DNA of 64,000 bases from an uncultured Pseudomonadota bacterium (GTDB lineage Bacteria; Oederibacteriota; Muellerivitia; Muellerivitales; Muellerivitaceae): positions 64,001-128,000 of the forward strand of contig CAWJKT010000008.1 of assembly GCA_963843375.1 (NCBI GenBank). The letters are read 5' to 3'. The notes under the pieces are model-generated. The model had not been told where the DNA came from. It searched no databases and worked only from the letters and a program-made list of their open reading frames with translations. The translations under genes and the position numbers were made by a program. Positions 61,869-64,000 of this stretch are shown piece by piece (position 1 is the stretch's first letter; each line of letters starts with the position of its first letter).

Positions 61869-62888
61869 ATGAACTTGCACTTGCGGCCCCAATTATCCTC
61901 CATACGTGCCCGTTTCGGATACCCTTATCACCAATGGATGACCCAGGAATTCAATGAATCCGGCTGGAACCTCGTCCAAAAAAGCTTGGCCCAAAAGCGC
62001 ACTCATGACGTGACCATGCTCATTGAGGGACCCGATGGCCGTTTTGCCCTCATGAGCAAGCACAGTTACCCTCCCGGCATTTTCCGTTCTCCCTCTGGCG
62101 GGGTCCATCCCGGCGAGGATATCGCGGCGGGAGCCCTTCGCGAAGCCAAAGAAGAGACCGGTTTGAACATCGAATTAAAACGCTTTCTCCTCCATATCAC
62201 TCTCGATATAAGTTATCAGGATGAAGTTGCCACCTGGGACTCTTACGTCTTTTACGCCACAACCCGCGACACCCAGTTAAAACCCACTGATTTAAAGGAA
62301 GTCAAAGATACGCAATGGGCGGGTCGGGAAAATCTGATATCCATGGTGACCATGTTAAAAGAAACCGGGAACGGAGGCCTCATTTACCGCGGCGATCTCA
62401 CCGCCGCTTCCCTCTGGGCCTTGGATAATCCCTTGGCGTTCCGAGAAGCCACCTCACGCGACATGCCCGGTATCGCTCATTCGTTGATCGCCAATAGGCT
62501 AGTGGTCTCCAATCCTGAGCAAACCTATTGGTGGATCGCTGAAATTCAGGGTTTAACTTCCGGCACGGTCGGAATAACTCCCCGTGAGGACTGCACTGAA
62601 CTGACTGGCCTTACCGTCGATCCCCTTTTCCGAGGACGAGGCCTTGGTCATGCAATGGTGGAATATGCCTGTGACCAATGGTACAGCCCGATGAAACGAA
62701 GGAAGTTGACCGAGGGAAAGGTGGTTTTGAACGACAAGCTCTGGCTGACAACCTCTACACCTGGTTATTTCCTGCCGGTCAATTTCATCCTTACCGATCC
62801 AATGCTTTTGCCCAAAAGCCTTAAGGATCAACTCACCGGCTTCCGTTCCAAGTGGCAAGGTATGCGGTATCAAATGTACAAGCTCTAA
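61869..62888 (+). CDS. NUDIX hydrolase - GNAT acetyltransferase fusion
   Basis: GGVHPGEDIAAGALREAKEETGL and VDPLFRGRGLG. Confidence 0.8.
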   Translation: MNLHLRPQLSSIRARFGYPYHQWMTQEFNESGWNLVQKSLAQKRTHDVTMLIEGPDGRFALMSKHSYPPGIFRSPSGGVHPGEDIAAGALREAKEETGLNIELKRFLLHITLDISYQDEVATWDSYVFYATTRDTQLKPTDLKEVKDTQWAGRENLISMVTMLKETGNGGLIYRGDLTAASLWALDNPLAFREATSRDMPGIAHSLIANRLVVSNPEQTYWWIAEIQGLTSGTVGITPREDCTELTGLTVDPLFRGRGLGHAMVEYACDQWYSPMKRRKLTEGKVVLNDKLWLTTSTPGYFLPVNFILTDPMLLPKSLKDQLTGFRSKWQGMRYQMYKL

Positions 62889-63370
62889 AATTAACAATCC
62901 TTCGATCAATTGTTAGGTGATGAGTAAACAATATAATTTTCACCGGACAAGGGGCCTGCAAAGGTTACCGGGGCTTGGTTCGAATCCTAATTGAAAAGTC
63001 CCCGGCTTGGACTCGAACGCACGCACCCCATAAACTTTGAATTGCCGTATTTTAGATCCTTTGGCCTAAAGAGCTAGGTCCCTTTCTCTCGAAGATTGAA
63101 CCAATAGCCCTCCATCGTCGGATTGCGACAAAATTATTCCAAAATAGATAATGTTGCCGCAATAAACCCATTCCGTGCCAGCCAACGCGCTGTCTCTAAT
63201 ACCTTTTTTTAATCACGAATAGATTTAAGAAAAATCCAAGATGCCCAAGGGCGAACCCAGATTTTCAGACAACGGTAATTTGGGCAAAGTTGGGATCATA
63301 GAATGTTTTAATGTGAATCGATGGAGAAATAGAGATACGAAACGAGCTAAAAACTTAACCGAAAAGCAGA

Positions 63371-64000
63371 TTAATGGAGCACTAAAACCTTGGTCGTTTG
63401 GGTTCCACTGGCGTCGCTAAACACCAAAATATAAATCCCACTCGCAACTTTACGACCCGAGGAGTTGGTCCCATTCCAAATGTACTTGTGGTTGAATCCC
63501 GCCGCCTGTTGCCCAAGACTGGAGGCCGGAGCCGAGAAAACGGGGCTTAAAGCGCTCACCAATTCACCCGTAAGGTTGTAAACATTCAAAGACGAACCGC
63601 CCGGTTGGGCATCTGTGATGGTAATAGTTGAACTAGTTTGACTGGGATCGAGGACATTAGGGGCTGCTACAAGGGCAGTTGTATGGACTGAATCAGTTGA
63701 GGATAAAAGGGAACCCGCTACACCGGGGGTCGCTCCACCTGGAGTAACCGTCCCTGATGGAGTGATAGTCTGCGTAATTGTGTTTGACGGTGTCACGGTC
63801 AGTGTGCTTGTAGGCGTGGTCGTTTCCGTCATCGTCGGAGTATAGGTGGGGGTTCTGCTGTCCGTCACCGTAGGCGTGTTTGTAGTCGTGTTGGTAGTCG
63901 TGTGGGTGGCGGTCACGGTCGTTGTATTAGTCGAAGTTCGGGTATCCGTCACTGTCGGAGTATTCGTTATTGTGTAAGTGGCTGTAACCGTCGCCGTTTT
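63371..64000 (-). CDS. C-terminus of large Thr-rich surface protein with FlgD-Ig-like terminal domain
   Basis: TxTxT repeats, APN, VYNLTGELV, WNGTNSSGRKVASGIY; frame open to window edge. Confidence 0.75.
   Translation of the reverse strand, partial: KTATVTATYTITNTPTVTDTRTSTNTTTVTATHTTTNTTTNTPTVTDSRTPTYTPTMTETTTPTSTLTVTPSNTITQTITPSGTVTPGGATPGVAGSLLSSTDSVHTTALVAAPNVLDPSQTSSTITITDAQPGGSSLNVYNLTGELVSALSPVFSAPASSLGQQAAGFNHKYIWNGTNSSGRKVASGIYILVFSDASGTQTTKVLVLH

Noticed and set aside
62945..63025. tRNA-like GGTTCGAATCC and CTGCAAA, plus an opposite-strand GTTCGAGTCC
   Set aside because: Stems do not pair and no cloverleaf forms; at most a decayed relic.

Overview
Bacterial chromosomal window (moderate GC, diderm-type outer-membrane proteins). 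Housekeeping blocks: the minus-strand run rpsB-tsf-pyrH-frr-uppS-cdsA-(galK-like)...mtaB-hit-rpsU-yqeY-mpg-mutS2-dnaG-rpoD, a xylose/sugar cluster (xylA, LacI, sugar-binding protein, xylB, GH35) and a sulfite/nitrite reductase. The main result is a ~17.6 kb tyrosine-integrase island (20869-38470) inserted in the anticodon loop of the tRNA-Ile2(CAT) gene downstream of rpoD. Integration does not rebuild the tRNA from attP. The host gene is left as a 5' half (38461-38500) and a 3' half (20833-20878) sharing only a 10-bp core (CATTATGAGT). The island instead carries a complete replacement tRNA with identical exons (37738-38035), interrupted by a 222-nt ORF-less group I intron exactly inside the 7-bp integrase crossover sequence. 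Inference: the intron hides the att site in DNA while splicing restores the tRNA in RNA. Island cargo is defence-like: a truncated class II DISARM (5mC MTase + DrmA cut by IS21), a HEPN-motif protein, a coiled-coil PD-(D/E)XK-like protein, a Panacea TA pair, RadC and a nested RIT element. A fic islet with another tRNA 3'-end duplication lies next to it. Many conserved genes (rpsB, tsf, xylB, galK-like, mpg, GH92) carry frameshifts that look like long-read consensus errors, so single indels here should be treated cautiously. All family assignments come from motifs recognised by eye; no searches were run.
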